A stretch of 64,000 nucleotides of DNA, from NCBI GenBank assembly GCA_965112155.1, contig OZ218101.1, one strand, 5' to 3'. Of this stretch, positions 38,748 to 51,150 are shown piece by piece. This DNA comes from Podarcis liolepis. Lineage: Eukaryota. Each line of letters begins with the position of its first letter. The first letter of the stretch is position 1. The translations under genes and the position numbers were made by a program. The notes under the pieces were generated by a model. That model was not told where the DNA came from and searched no databases. It was given only the letters and a program-made list of their open reading frames with translations.

Positions 38748-40033
38748 CAGTGTTTTTTTTTAAGAAAGAAAAAAGGTGCCAGGACTCAGCATGTAGTTGG
38801 TACAGTAAGTGTCACACTTTTAACATTTGAAGGGGGGAGGTGCCAGTACTGTATACCTCTTCTTCTTCTTCTTTGGTGATCACTTGTAGCCGAACAAAAT
38901 AGTCTTCCGTAAACACGGTTTTAACAATGAGTCCGTAAGTGACTGTGGAGGCCAATTCTGGATCCACACGTCCTTCCACAGTGGAGACATTGGTTTCCGG
39001 GCGGGTGTTGATCATGGTGTGGATTTGCCAAGCGTGCCTTCCTCTTAGCATGCTTCTCCCTTGCGTCCTGTGTTCGAGTGTCTTCAAAGCCCATGACACC
39101 TTTGGTAAAGGCTGTTCTCCAGCTGGAGCACTCGCAGGCCAGTGTTTCCCAGTTGTCAGTGTTTACACTACATTTTTTAAGATTTGCATTGAGACAGTCT
39201 TTAAACCTCTTTTGTTGATCACCAGCATTACACTTTCCATTTTTAAGTTTGGAATAGAGTAGTTGCTTTGGAAGACAATCATCAGGCATCTGCACAACAT
39301 GACCAGTCCAACGAAGTTGATGTTGAAGAATCATTGCTTCAACACTGGTGATCTTTGCTTCTTCCAGTACACTGATATTAGTTCGCTTGTCTTCCCAAGT
39401 GATGTGTAAAATTTTTCGGAGACATCATTGATGGAATCTTTTGAGGAGTTGGAGATGGCATTTATAAGTGGTCCATGTTTCACAAGCATATAGTAAGGTT
39501 GGTAGTACAATAGCTTTGTAAACAAGCATTTTGGTTTCCCTGCGAATGTCCTGGTCCTCAAACTCTGCAGTTCAATTGGGAGAAAGCCGCACTCACAGAG
39601 CTCAGGCGATGCTGGATTTTGGCATCAGTATTGACCCTTGTGGAAAGATAGCTGCCTAGGTAGGAGAAGTGAATGACATTTTCCAGCTTTACACCACTGA
39701 GTTGGATTTGTGGCGCTGCAGAGGGGTTGTTTTGTACTTGTTGGTGCAGCACTTTGGTTTTTTTGGATGTTGAGTGATAGGCCAAGCTTTTTGTAAACTT
39801 CTGCAAATATATTTAGGATCGTTTGGAGGTCATCCTCTGAGTGTGTGCACCCTACATTGTCATCAGCATACTGAAGTTCTATGACAGAAGTTACGGTAAC
39901 CGTACTCTTTGCTTTCAACCTGCTCAGATTGAAGAACTTTCCATCTGTTCAATATATGATTTCTATTCCAGTGGGGAGTTTCCCTTCGACAAAGTGTAGG
40001 ATCATGGCAATGAAAATAAAAACAACAACACTG
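38748..40033. mobile_element. hAT-type MITE interrupted by the RTE insertion
   Basis: Termini cagtgtttt / aacactg. Flanking 8-mers gctttgag (38740-38747) and gctttggg (40034-40041) match 7/8. Confidence 0.65.
38858..40017 (-). mobile_element. 5'-truncated, frameshifted RTE-clade LINE
   Basis: Fragments encode IELQYADD, FSYLGS, QLRWTGHVVQMPDDCLPKQLLY, KRFKD and a terminal CxxC..HxxxH finger (CLHCGRTCGSRIGLHSHLRTH). 3' tail is (GAA)n. Confidence 0.9.
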
Positions 40034-41305
40034 GCTTTGGGGGACTTAATCTGAAAAGGAAGGGGTGAGAGAGAGACCACAATTCCATTTTGCAACTGAG
40101 ACAATGAGACAATTTCCACCAGTACTGCTGACAGTTTTCTCCCGTAATGAATGCTTATTTTCAAGTCTCTTGTGTTTCAATTATTAATAATTTATTGCCA
40201 TTGTGAAGAGAGTGCACCATTAAACAGAGGGGAGTACGAGATATATATATATATATCCCATGTAGCACAATAACTGCTGCCTTATCAATACACATATACA
40301 GCATAAGCATTCACAGAAGGGAGAAACACTTGCTTATTCTTTTCCTGATATTAGTGGCTTGCACTTAACCTTGAACTCCACGGCTTAACAGCCATAAAGT
40401 AAAAAGGGATGCTTCCAACTGCAAAGGCTGAAAAAAACTATGGCGCTGTGATAAATGTAATGGCTTGGAGCGCAACCCAGCCAAAAGTAAGCATTTGAAA
40501 GTTGTGGTCCTAATTATTCTTAATTTGGGCAAATGCATTGGAATGAATGGGATACCGTAGGCTTGCAATCTTACTCTTTCAGAAGGAGTCAGTGGGATTT
40601 CAATGTGCTTAATGTACTCTGGATCAAAACAATTTCTAAAACTGTTCATCTGTTCTAAAACTGTTCTTTCTTTTTTTCCGTATCGGTGCCATTCTCTTTG
40701 ACATTCTGTTCACATCATAGATAGTGGGACTTTGGTAATTGGCTCATGGCAGCAGACATGAAGAGCCCAAAGATAGGTCCCTTAAACTTGCTGCCCTCTG
40801 CTCCCCATCACGGCTGCCTCCCAGAAGCAAGTTGGGTGAAATAACTTTTTATGGTTAAGATTGCCTTATGACATTGGGGGGGGGGGGATGAATAGAGAGA
40901 CAGCTGGTTCCCATGCCTCTAACACTGACCTTCTATTGACCCAGGAGGAGGTGCCAGTAGAACATTGCAGCTGATTTCCCTGCTTCTGGATTATGAGTGG
41001 GGAAGGAGGGAGTCATTAAAGCCTAGTCCATCCCAGTTCTCAAAGGGAACAGGACTAAGATCACCACATCCCATTTCCAGGTGGATTTTTAATGCAGAAT
41101 ACATAGAAATCAACCCAGATATTGTATACAGATGCCCACAGCCCTAGCATCTGATGCTTGCTTTTGCATGCTTTCAAAGCTTAAATATTTATCATATTCA
41201 AAATGAAAGCTGTCTTTAGATTTCCATGTTTGTTAACGAATTAGATAATTCCACATTAAAATGCAAAAAAAAAAAATCGAAATTCTCCTTCTTCCCTAGC
41301 CATTA

Positions 41306-41547
41306 CAGTGGTACCTCGAGTTACATACGCTTCAGGTTACATATACTTCAGTCTACAGACTCCGCTAACCCAGAAATAGTACCTCGTGTTAAGAACTATG
41401 CTTCAGGATGAGAACAGAAATCGTGCTCCGGCGGTGCGGCAGCAGCAGGAGGCCCCATTAGCTAAAGTGGTGCTTCAGGTTAAGAACAGTTTCAGGTTAA
41501 GTACGGTCCTCCAGAACGAATTAAGTACTTAACCTGAGGTACCACTG
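41306..41547. mobile_element. Tigger-like MITE
   Basis: ta|cagtggtacctcgagtta ... taacctgaggtaccactg|ta. Confidence 0.88.
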
Positions 41548-41586
41548 TATTGCTCTTCACATTGACGAACCCAATCTAAGCTTCCA

Positions 41587-41663
41587 GAAAAGAAAAGAAA
41601 AGAAAAGAAAAGAAAAGAAAAGAAAAGAAAAGAAAAGAAAGAAAGAAAAGAAAAGAAAAGAAA
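41587..41663. repeat. (AAAAG)n microsatellite
   Basis: Read directly from the sequence. Confidence 0.95.
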
Positions 41664-42650
41664 CGAAAACTTTTCTGAACAGTTTGCTTTGGCAGAAAAC
41701 ATATGCATGCCATTACAGTGACACAATTAATGTAGCTGTTTTAATTTTCATTTTGCAAAACTCTCTCTATACGGTTCTGTGAACTGTGTAATTTACTCTC
41801 AAGTAGCAATCTTCTTTCTGCCTACAGGGGAGAGATGATAAGACACCCCCCATATACACACACAAAGTTTTTGACAAAATTTATGAAGGCGGGGAATCTT
41901 TTTTTTTTTAACAAACTGTTTCGATATTTTGTTAAAAAAAGAAGAGAGTGATCTGATCCTTTTATAGCTTCAGCATGCTTGGAAAAGAGCACCTGCAAAG
42001 CACACTGGACTGTAGATTGCTCTTCAATATGGAAATAAATGACCAAATGCTCCTTTTCTCTTTGTAAAGAAATGCTGGATGAAATTGCTTTCAAGATGTG
42101 CAAGTCTGAACAGCAAGAGGAAACCTGAACAATATTCTCAGCCAGTGCAAATCTCAAAAGCTAAGGTTATCATTTCAAAGCCTCTTGTCTCCTGTCTAAT
42201 AGGAAATATTGAAATGGAATGCAATGTAAGGCAGTTGATATCCCAGGATGCAGGAGAACTAAATTCAATTCCCTGGCATGGAAAACTTGAAGTACATTGG
42301 TCAAGTGATTTATTGAAAACCCTGGGACAGCAGAAATAGTGTAATATCTGGAGAGGGAAGTGAGTGAGTGGGTGGATGGATGGGTGTAATACCTAGAGAG
42401 GAGAGGGAGAGGGAGGGAGGAGTGACATCAGAATTGCACCAGTGTGTATACAATGTGACCTGAACTGCCTAGAGATGGCGTGGGAAAAGCTAACTTCATG
42501 TGTGGTGGTAGTGGTGGTGGGGGGAGGGGAGGGTGAAGGCTGGTAAGTTGGGGGTCGCCAGGCACCCACAAAGAATTGTGGGTGTCTGAACCCTTAGGAC
42601 CCCCTGGAGTTGGTGCCAGTGTGTGCTGTTCTTGTCCACTAATGGCAGAT

Positions 42651-43007
42651 AAAGGTAAAGGTAAAGGGACCCCTGACCATTAGGTCCAGTCGTGACCGAC
42701 TCTGGGGTTGCGGTGCTCGTCTTGCTTTATTGGCCAAGGGAGCCAGCGTACAGCTTCCGGGTCATGTGGCCAGCATGACTAAGCCACTTCTGGCAAACCA
42801 GAGCAGTGCATGGAAATGCCATTTACCTTCCCGCTGGAGTGGTACCTATTTATCTACTTGCACTTTGACGTGCTTTCGAACTGCTAGGTTGGCAGGAGCA
42901 GGGACCGAGCAACGGGAGCTCACCCCGTCGTGGGGATTCGAATTGCTGACCTTCTGATCGGCACGTCCTAGGCTCTGTGGTTTAACCCACAGTGCCACCT
43001 GTGTCCC
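42651..43007 (-). mobile_element. Sauria-type SINE, full length
   Basis: Same head, body and (ACCTTT)n tail as the copies at 22043 and 36751. Confidence 0.92.
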
Positions 43008-46000
43008 ACAAGGCACTAAAATTATCCATGCTACAAAGTCCCATTGATGTAGGCATGTGAAGAAATAACGTGTAAACTGATGGGAGCATGAAGTTTCCAA
43101 GCAGTGCTGAAGGAGCTAAACACTGTGCTTCCATTTACACATGCATTGCCACTGGGAGGCTGCCGTCTGATCATATGGTACTAACTTTCCATCAGCTGCA
43201 GTCACAGTACCACTGCCTGCCCATAGGGGGCTTTCGAACTGTGCCTCAATGTTCTTTGATGGATATAGCTCTATCAAAGTTATTGCCAGTGATCCAAGTT
43301 GTTGCATGCTTGAGTAATCGTGGCAGATAAAATCAGGTTACATTGCAGAGTTGGTAAGTGTGGTCAACAGCCAGGGGAAACTGCCAGCAGATCTGAGATG
43401 AAATGATATATGACATAATTGTCTGAAATATGCATAATATCTGATTATTATTATTTTAACAGCTCTAACATCCTTCTTCCAGAGATAGTTCCTGGGATCG
43501 CAGAATGTAGCAAGATGAAAAACTGAAAAAGGACACCTATATGTTTGCACACTTGCAATCCTTTGGACCATTCCTAGACAGCAAGTTCTATTGAAACCAA
43601 TGGGTCTTTTGTGGCAGCAGACATGCTTCATACCTAGAATGCACTGGAACTGTAGCTTTCAATGCAGGAAAATATCTGCCTGCAATGCCAGGTAGATCCT
43701 TAGTAGATAATTCCTTAAGTGCTGCACAGAAACTTCAAAGCTCCTCTCCCTACTCACCACCTGCCTAGCTTTTGAGAAAACAGAACACTAAGAGAATGCA
43801 ACACATTATTAGAATGTTGGGATGGGAATACTGAAAAATAAGGAAGGGCTAATTCACACATGGATGTAAATCATTTGGTTCCTCTGAGGATCTGTGAATA
43901 TTCAGAATGTGAAATGACTGCCCTGAAAAAGCATCACGTTGAAGGAAGGTGAATGTTTTTGGTTTTTTAAAGCTCTCTCACATCTGCATATGACCTCATT
44001 ACCAAGTGCAGTCATCAAGTGACAAACATATATGTATGGACTACCCTTGCTGTAACTCAGTTCTAATACCTTATGACTAAAGAGCTGCTGTATAACAAAA
44101 GAAGAACCCACCTGCATAGCATCTGAAATTTTCAACGTTTTTAGTACTTGACATCCAAAAATTTGAGATTAGTTCCCCAACCAATGATTGTGACATTTTT
44201 TGTTTTAAAACATGGAATTTTGCAAGAATCTAGTCTAGGTCCATCACAAGAACAACCACATAATGGCCCATCACAATGTGTATCCATCAAGGCAAATACT
44301 TTTTCCTAGTCTGAACTTGAATACCCATTCATATGGGAAATCCTGTCAGTTTCCCACTGCACAAACAGCAGTTGTAACATGGAAGCTGCAGTTAGGGCGA
44401 TGCATAAATGCAAGGAATTGTAAACGAGTCCATGTAGTGTTGCATGGGCTGCCATCACTTTAATTAGAAAACTGTCCTTGGCATGTTATAGCAAATCTTT
44501 TCAGATGGTTCTCTGGAAGACAAGCTAGCTTGATCCAGGTGTTGATTTTTGAGGTCAACCTATCCCCATGGATGGATTAAATACTTCATGCTACATAAGC
44601 AGACACAACAATATGTACTGTTATGATGGATCCGAACTTTCCTGAAAAGAGAGAGAATGTTTATGTTGACATTCTAGTGCTGGAGATAATGTTGTGGATC
44701 ATAGTTGTTGGACTACAACTTCTGTCATTCCTGACCATTGGTGAAGCTAGACAAGGATGGTGGGAGTTGTGGTCTAGAGACATGTAGCAGCCAAAGGTTG
44801 AAGAGCAGTCTTGTAGATCACATCATGATCTATAGAATGGCTCGTTCGACAGGGCTCTGGGCTTTAAAGTGTCTTTCAAACAGAAGCAGTTCCTCCCACC
44901 ACCACCACATCCTGCCTCCAAGCAAAACTGTTTTTGAAACTTTAGATGATGCGAGATAGAGCATGGTGGGCTTCCTGAAGAAGAGGAAGAGATGATGCAG
45001 ATGAATCTTTAAATTACAGGGGATAAGTCAGTACCTATTTCTAGGTGACAAGTAAATATGCTGCACTTTAAGCAACCGTTTGGAGCATGGGCAGTAGGCT
45101 GTTTGGTCTGTGGAGGAGCCATGGTATGTGAAAAGTCCCAAAGACCAGATAGAGAGACCTGGAGGGCCACATTAGAACCTCAGACGCAAGGTTCCCACCA
45201 CTTACCACCTTGGGCTGCTGTTTTCACCCTTCTCTCTACACAAATTGTTGTGTGTGTTGTTGCATTATATTTGTATGTGCGATTATATTTGTATGTACGG
45301 TGAATCAACTTGGTCCATTACACATGCTTGTTCGTATAAAATGTACATGCATTGGATGATGGTGAAGAAATGTGCAGTCCCAGCCTTAGCCCCTTCAAAC
45401 GCATCATCTAAAGTAAGGGGGACTCAATTTTAGCATTTGTTGGCATGGAGAAGAGCTCAGCCAAGCGCTATCGAGAGGGAATCTGTGACAGGGGAACAGC
45501 ATCACAGCAGCCAGTTCTGCTCTCCCACCTACAGACACTCATTAGAATGACTGTAGAGGGACCTCACCTATATATGTGCACATTCCTGGATGCTTTTAGG
45601 CCAATAGCTGTCTGTCCCTGTGATGACACCTTCACCTCATAAAATAGGGCAGAGTTATGATTTCCATAGTGTATGTAGATAGGAGTGGTATGGGATTTAG
45701 AGATTATGACATGTCAACAATCCCTGGTGAGTGTACAGTTAAGCAGAGATTCAGCCAGTTTAATCCTTCAATCTCATATCTTCCCCTGCAGTGCACCACA
45801 CTTGTGCCTAGTTTTTCCTAGTCTAATTCAATATACATTTACCTAGAAACAACCCCCACCGAGTTCAACTAACTAATACTCAGAGCAGACCCACTGAAAT
45901 CAATGAACTTAGATTATTCATGACTAGCTGATATCCATTTATTTCAGTCAGTCTACTCTGCATGATTTAGTTGCATACAATCCACTGCATTCAGTAAAAT

Positions 46001-46536
46001 TTGCTCCCAAGGAAGTGTCATAAGATTCCATCTGTACAATCTTATGCATGCTTGCTCAGAAGGAAGTCCTATGTTGTTTCATGAGCCTTGCTCACAGGGA
46101 AGATGCTTAGATTTCACCTGTTGACTCTTTTTTCCACCCTAAAATGGCAGGCGTAACTTGACTTTTATAAAAACAGACCTTGCAAAAATGCAGGCTGCTT
46201 TGAAATAACCGCACACATGGAATTGCTGCAAAGGGGATTAAAATATTTAGTGTGAAATGGATCTTATATTTGGCCATGCTGGCATATAAACGTTCTTTGT
46301 GCATAGTAACATCTATTACCCCAAAGAGCTCGTAGACATAGTTTGCCCCTTTTGGCCCTCACAGCATTTTCATGTCATAAATTTGATAGACAGATAGTGA
46401 CTTGCCCCCCAGTGAGCTTCATGATTGAGCAGGGATGTGAATCTAGGCCTCAGTCGAACACAGCATATCCACTACACCACAGTGGACTGACTTTTCCTAA
46501 AAGTCTCTAGCTCCAAAAACAAAAGACCATCACCCC

Positions 46537-46537
<1 letters not shown>

Positions 46538-46579
<42 letters not shown>
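46538..46579. repeat. (CA)n microsatellite
   Basis: Read directly; another (CA)n lies at 10196-10240. Confidence 0.95.
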
Positions 46580-46582
<3 letters not shown>

Positions 46583-47648
46583 TATTGTGAAACAGTTTAT
46601 TAGTACAACAATACCAAAGTGACCCTTCAGGCTTCGCCACATCTGCTGTTCCTGCTATCTACAGAGCCTGGCAGAAAATTATACACATCTCTAAATGCTA
46701 CTGTTGGAATATGCACTTCAGAAGAAAAAGAGAGAGAGAAAGCCTGAGCGCATCTGGATCGTACAGCTGGCAAGCAAATTGTGGATAGTTGAAGGGTGGC
46801 GAGAAAGAAATTGACCATTAGAAACAAAATTAGATCATAAAGGTTATATAAAAATTAAACATATGTCACTGTGTATTCAAATTAATCAGCTGGATGAAAG
46901 GAGGGAAATTACAGACCAAAGGCCCACTTTAAAACTCATTAAGACCAATAGAAAGATCTCCATTTGCTTCAAGTATGATTTATTTTGTCCATCTTCAGTG
47001 GATGCTGTTGATACAATAATGTGCACTAGCAATATGAGCATATCATATCATTAGCTATAAAGCAAGTCTTGAGGCTGTTATCTAGGGGAAAATAGGACAG
47101 GCATCTGAAATCTCTGTGACATCTGTTGAAATCCCCCTTTTTGAAAGTTTCAATTAAAGTGAAAACCTCACATTAGACACGAAATCTCACTAGAACAATT
47201 GCAGGCGTCACATCTTCCTGCCAATGGTACACATGGGACACAACAGCAAATTTGGGTTCCTCTCTGTGGTTACAAGAGGGCTTTGCTCCTCTTGCATTCC
47301 CTTGCCATTGCTGAAGCGTGAAGGCAGTCAGGCCTGACCCACCCATGCATCAAAAGGAGGCGAGGATGAATCCATAGGTGGTAGAATGAACATGATGGAA
47401 GCTGCTCTCAGATCCTCTTTGTGGGCTTCCCAAAGGCATCTGGTTGGCAACTGTGAGAACAGAAAGCTGGATTAGATGGGCCACAAGCTTGATCCAACAG
47501 GCTCTTTTTATATTCTTATGACGATACCCATCCACATTAACAATGGAATATGGTAGTGATAGATAACAATAGGGGAAGTGACCGAAGTGCTTTGATCTTT
47601 AACACTACTTCCTATGTATCTACTCAAAGGCAAATCTAATTGAATTCA

Positions 47649-47841
47649 AAATAAAAAAATTCCTTCCTGTAGCACCTTAAAGACCAACTAAGTTAGTTCT
47701 TGGTATAAGCTTTCGTGTGCATGCACACTTCTTCAGATACATGCACACGAAAGCTTATACCAAGAACTAACTTAGTTGGTCTTTAAGGTGCTACAGGAAG
47801 GAATTTTTTTATTTTGACTATGGCAGACCAACACGGCTACC
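47649..47841. mobile_element. Penelope-like element remnant (inverted pseudo-LTR arrangement)
   Basis: Perfect 78-bp inverted arms at 47646-47723 and 47740-47817, followed by an unpaired tail (gactatggcagaccaacacggctac). Direct repeat ctaattgaattca at 47636-47648 and 47842-47854. Confidence 0.85.
47703..47740 (-). ncRNA. Minimal type I hammerhead ribozyme motif of the Penelope type
   Basis: Minus strand reads GUAU-CUGAAGA-A-GUGUGC-AU-GCACAC-GAAA-GC-UU-AUAC: CUGANGA and GAAA core boxes, stem II, palindromic AGCU mini stem III, 4-bp stem I. Confidence 0.7.
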
Positions 47842-48757
47842 CTAATTGAATTCAGTGGGACTTCTTTTTAGGAATGTCCCCATAACATGCAGCCATATTT
47901 CACCTTGGTATTGGTTTATACTTAGATTAAATAAATCTAGAGCTTCATTTCTTCAGGACCACCATACTGTCTTTTTTATTATGTAGTTAGTGGGAAGGAA
48001 GTTCTGAATGAAATCGGATTTCTTCTTGGACCCAAATCCTATGATATATCTTCAGATTCTCCTTCTGGAAATGAAATCTCTTTCAGTGAGCTGCTGTTCA
48101 GATTTTTATTATTATTAAAGAAAGAGTAATGTACTTTTTGAGGCAAACAATACAAAAGAATGAAATAATTATGAGTTAAAGAACAGGGAAATAGGTCAAA
48201 TATATAAACCAGTTTATAGCTTAAGAACCTATGAGGGGGGCATCTCAAAATCCAGTCATATTGATAATCCCTTGAATTGTGTCAAGCTATCAAGCAAGCA
48301 AGCATCATGAGACCACTTAGCTGCTCTGCAATGCAAGTTAAACCAAGTGGAAACGTAAAAGATTTATAGCAACAAGATATCTTGGCCCAGACCCTTTTGA
48401 GCTTCATTTAATAAAGAGCCTGAGGAGAGGAAGCAAAACTGATCCTGAAGCAATCTTCTCAAGTCTTCAGGGCATTATTCATGTTATTTCAGCCTCAGAA
48501 GGCACTAAACAACTACGTTTGAAGCACAGACAAAGAAGAACCAATTATTCCGGCATGGCTTTCTTTCTAGTGAAATGTAGAATTCACTGTAGCACCTGTC
48601 AGTTGCTTTTCCCTCATGCAATTACAGTTGTGTGAGGGGGAGAGTGAGGCTAATACCAAATACCTCACCCTTCCACTAGGTCCCCTGCCAGCCCTGCATC
48701 CATGTCTTCCACATGCTGGCCCTGAAGTACAGAGCCTTTGAAAACAATGCATGAAGG

Positions 48758-49088
48758 CTCCTCTTCCAACATTTCTCCAATGAAAATAGGGACATCCCAT
48801 TCCGTAATGATAATGTTACTGTTTATACCCCACACATCTTACTGGGTTGCCCCAGCCACTCTCGGCAGCTTCCAACATATATAAAAAATTAAACATTTAA
48901 AAACCTTCGGTATACATGATTGCTTTCAGATGGCTTGGGGGTCAGATAACGCCATACCCTCCAACATTTCTCCAATGAAAATAGGGACATCCTAAGGAAA
49001 AGTGGGACATTCCAGGATCATATCACAAACTGGGACAGATTCTCTAAATCAGGAGCGTCCTAGAAAATAGGGACACTTGGAGGGTCTG
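48758..49088 (-). mobile_element. Composite non-autonomous DNA element carrying a captured L2 3' end, copy 2
   Basis: Reverse complement of 20622-21003. Identical 32-mers at 48766-48797 and 48961-48992 flank an L2 tail. Confidence 0.75.
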
Positions 49089-51150
49089 TGAATTTCCCCA
49101 GATTCTTGTGAGTAAGCTGACCAGACTGTCCCAACCCAATTTATCCCAGATTGGCCAGATTTGGTTCCGGCTTTGTCCAAATCCAGTGCACAGCTTTAAT
49201 AGGAACTAGAAACTGCTGGATGTGGAAGTGATTTGTGCTTCTGCCTCTCTCCACTGACACTTATACACTCTCACTCACTCTCTAAAACTCTCTCACAATT
49301 TCTCTTGAAGTCTGTATCCCTCTGTTATGTTGCTTTTAACTACAAACCACAAGCATGCTTTCGCTATTCTAAGCCTCTCCTTTTACTTCCTCATACATTC
49401 CAAAGACATTTAATCAAGGACGAAATGCACCTGCATGAGAACATCCAGCTCTGTTGGTGAGAATGAAGAGTGCATAATATTGAACAACCTGGAAACAGAA
49501 CTGGCAAAATTCAAACTGGCTGATGGATTTGCAGTTGGGACAATCTCTTCAGGACTGGGACAACAAGATTGGAAATTGAACTCTTTCCACAGATTTTGCC
49601 CTTGAATTCCATAGGTATGATACACATCCCGTGGTGTGTTTTTTGTTGTTGTTGTTTTACTGTGCAATGCAAAAAGGAATAGAACTGTGGGGGCAAACCT
49701 ATTTTTTGATTGTCAATCTGAAGCAAGCACCAGTTCATCTGTTTGCCAAGTCTGAACAGGAGGCAAGCATTTTAATGATGTTTCCCTCTATTACTTATTT
49801 ACATACTTTGATCAATAATCTCGTTAACAGGTCCCCAGTTAGTACATATGCAACTGTTGCTATTTAACAACACTGGGCGGATTTCTTTTCTTCTAATTTT
49901 ATATTGCATTTTAATAGCACTGTTAAAAGGGAATTAAATCCATAAGAACCTACACCTGTTCACACCAAATACACAACTAGATTGCTATTTGATGAATACA
50001 ACAATGTACTCTGAAATCCAATGTGTTTTTTTAAAAAAATATATACTTAGTTTTCTTTGTGCATAAATGTTATGAAGCATGACAGGTGTCCTATTATAAT
50101 TTTGCATAGAAATCATTCTCTGGGGTGTGTGGGTTCATGTATTTGTATGTGTGAATGTGAATAAGTGTGTATGAGAGAGTGAGAGAGAAAACACACAGAG
50201 ACATCAGGGCGTAACAGGGGAGAGGTGTAGTGTGGTATAACAGGGCGAGGAACAGAACCCCTGCATGAAATGGTCATCATCTGTACATGGGTGCTACAGT
50301 TTCTATATCATTTGGATAAAAGAAGTTACCAGTGCCCAAGGATGCAATCCTGAGGGTCAGTCTCATTAAATTCAATGACACTTTTACCTTTAGAAAGAAG
50401 GTAACATGTATTGTACTTGAATGTAGGGATGGGGAAGAAACTCAATTTTCTTTGCATTTTAATAAGAAACTACCCAGTTCAGACTTCTCAAACCACTATA
50501 TGAACCGAAACACAGCTGGCCTTTGAAATTTACACTTATCTGAATTTTGTGACAGTTTTCCAACCAAACACTGTTTTTTAAAAAATACATTTATACACAG
50601 AAACTGTGCATAAAAATACATGAATGAAAGAACATACAAAACTACATTCTGCTCGAAATTTGCTCACAAAGATGTGCACCCTAGTCAAAAGTACATCTAA
50701 AAATGTGTTTATTAGGAGAGATCTGCAGTAAAGCACAGGTGAATTTTCATGATAATTTTTCTTTTTTATTTTTTTTTATAATAATTTTTATTACGTTTTT
50801 TCCAATTACAGATAGAGCAAAAAAAGGATAGAAAAGAAGATAAGAAAAGAAAAAGAAAAATGAAACCAGTTCAGCAACTTATTTCAACTTTCTATCGAAC
50901 TTCCCCACACCTCCCGCACAGTGCATTCTTAACAATAAATTTGTCAACAAATTATAACCTTATTTCGTGTGTTCCTTTTGTTTTTTCAATTACAATTTAA
51001 GTTTAAATCGCTTATTTTCCATTTAGTCTGAAAAACAGAACATATTATCATTCTTAACCGTTTAAACTTTGATTCTTTCAATAATATTATCCAATTTCCT
51101 ATATAATCCACTCTCATTGCTGGGGCTGACCCTCCAAGTCATGCGGCTTC

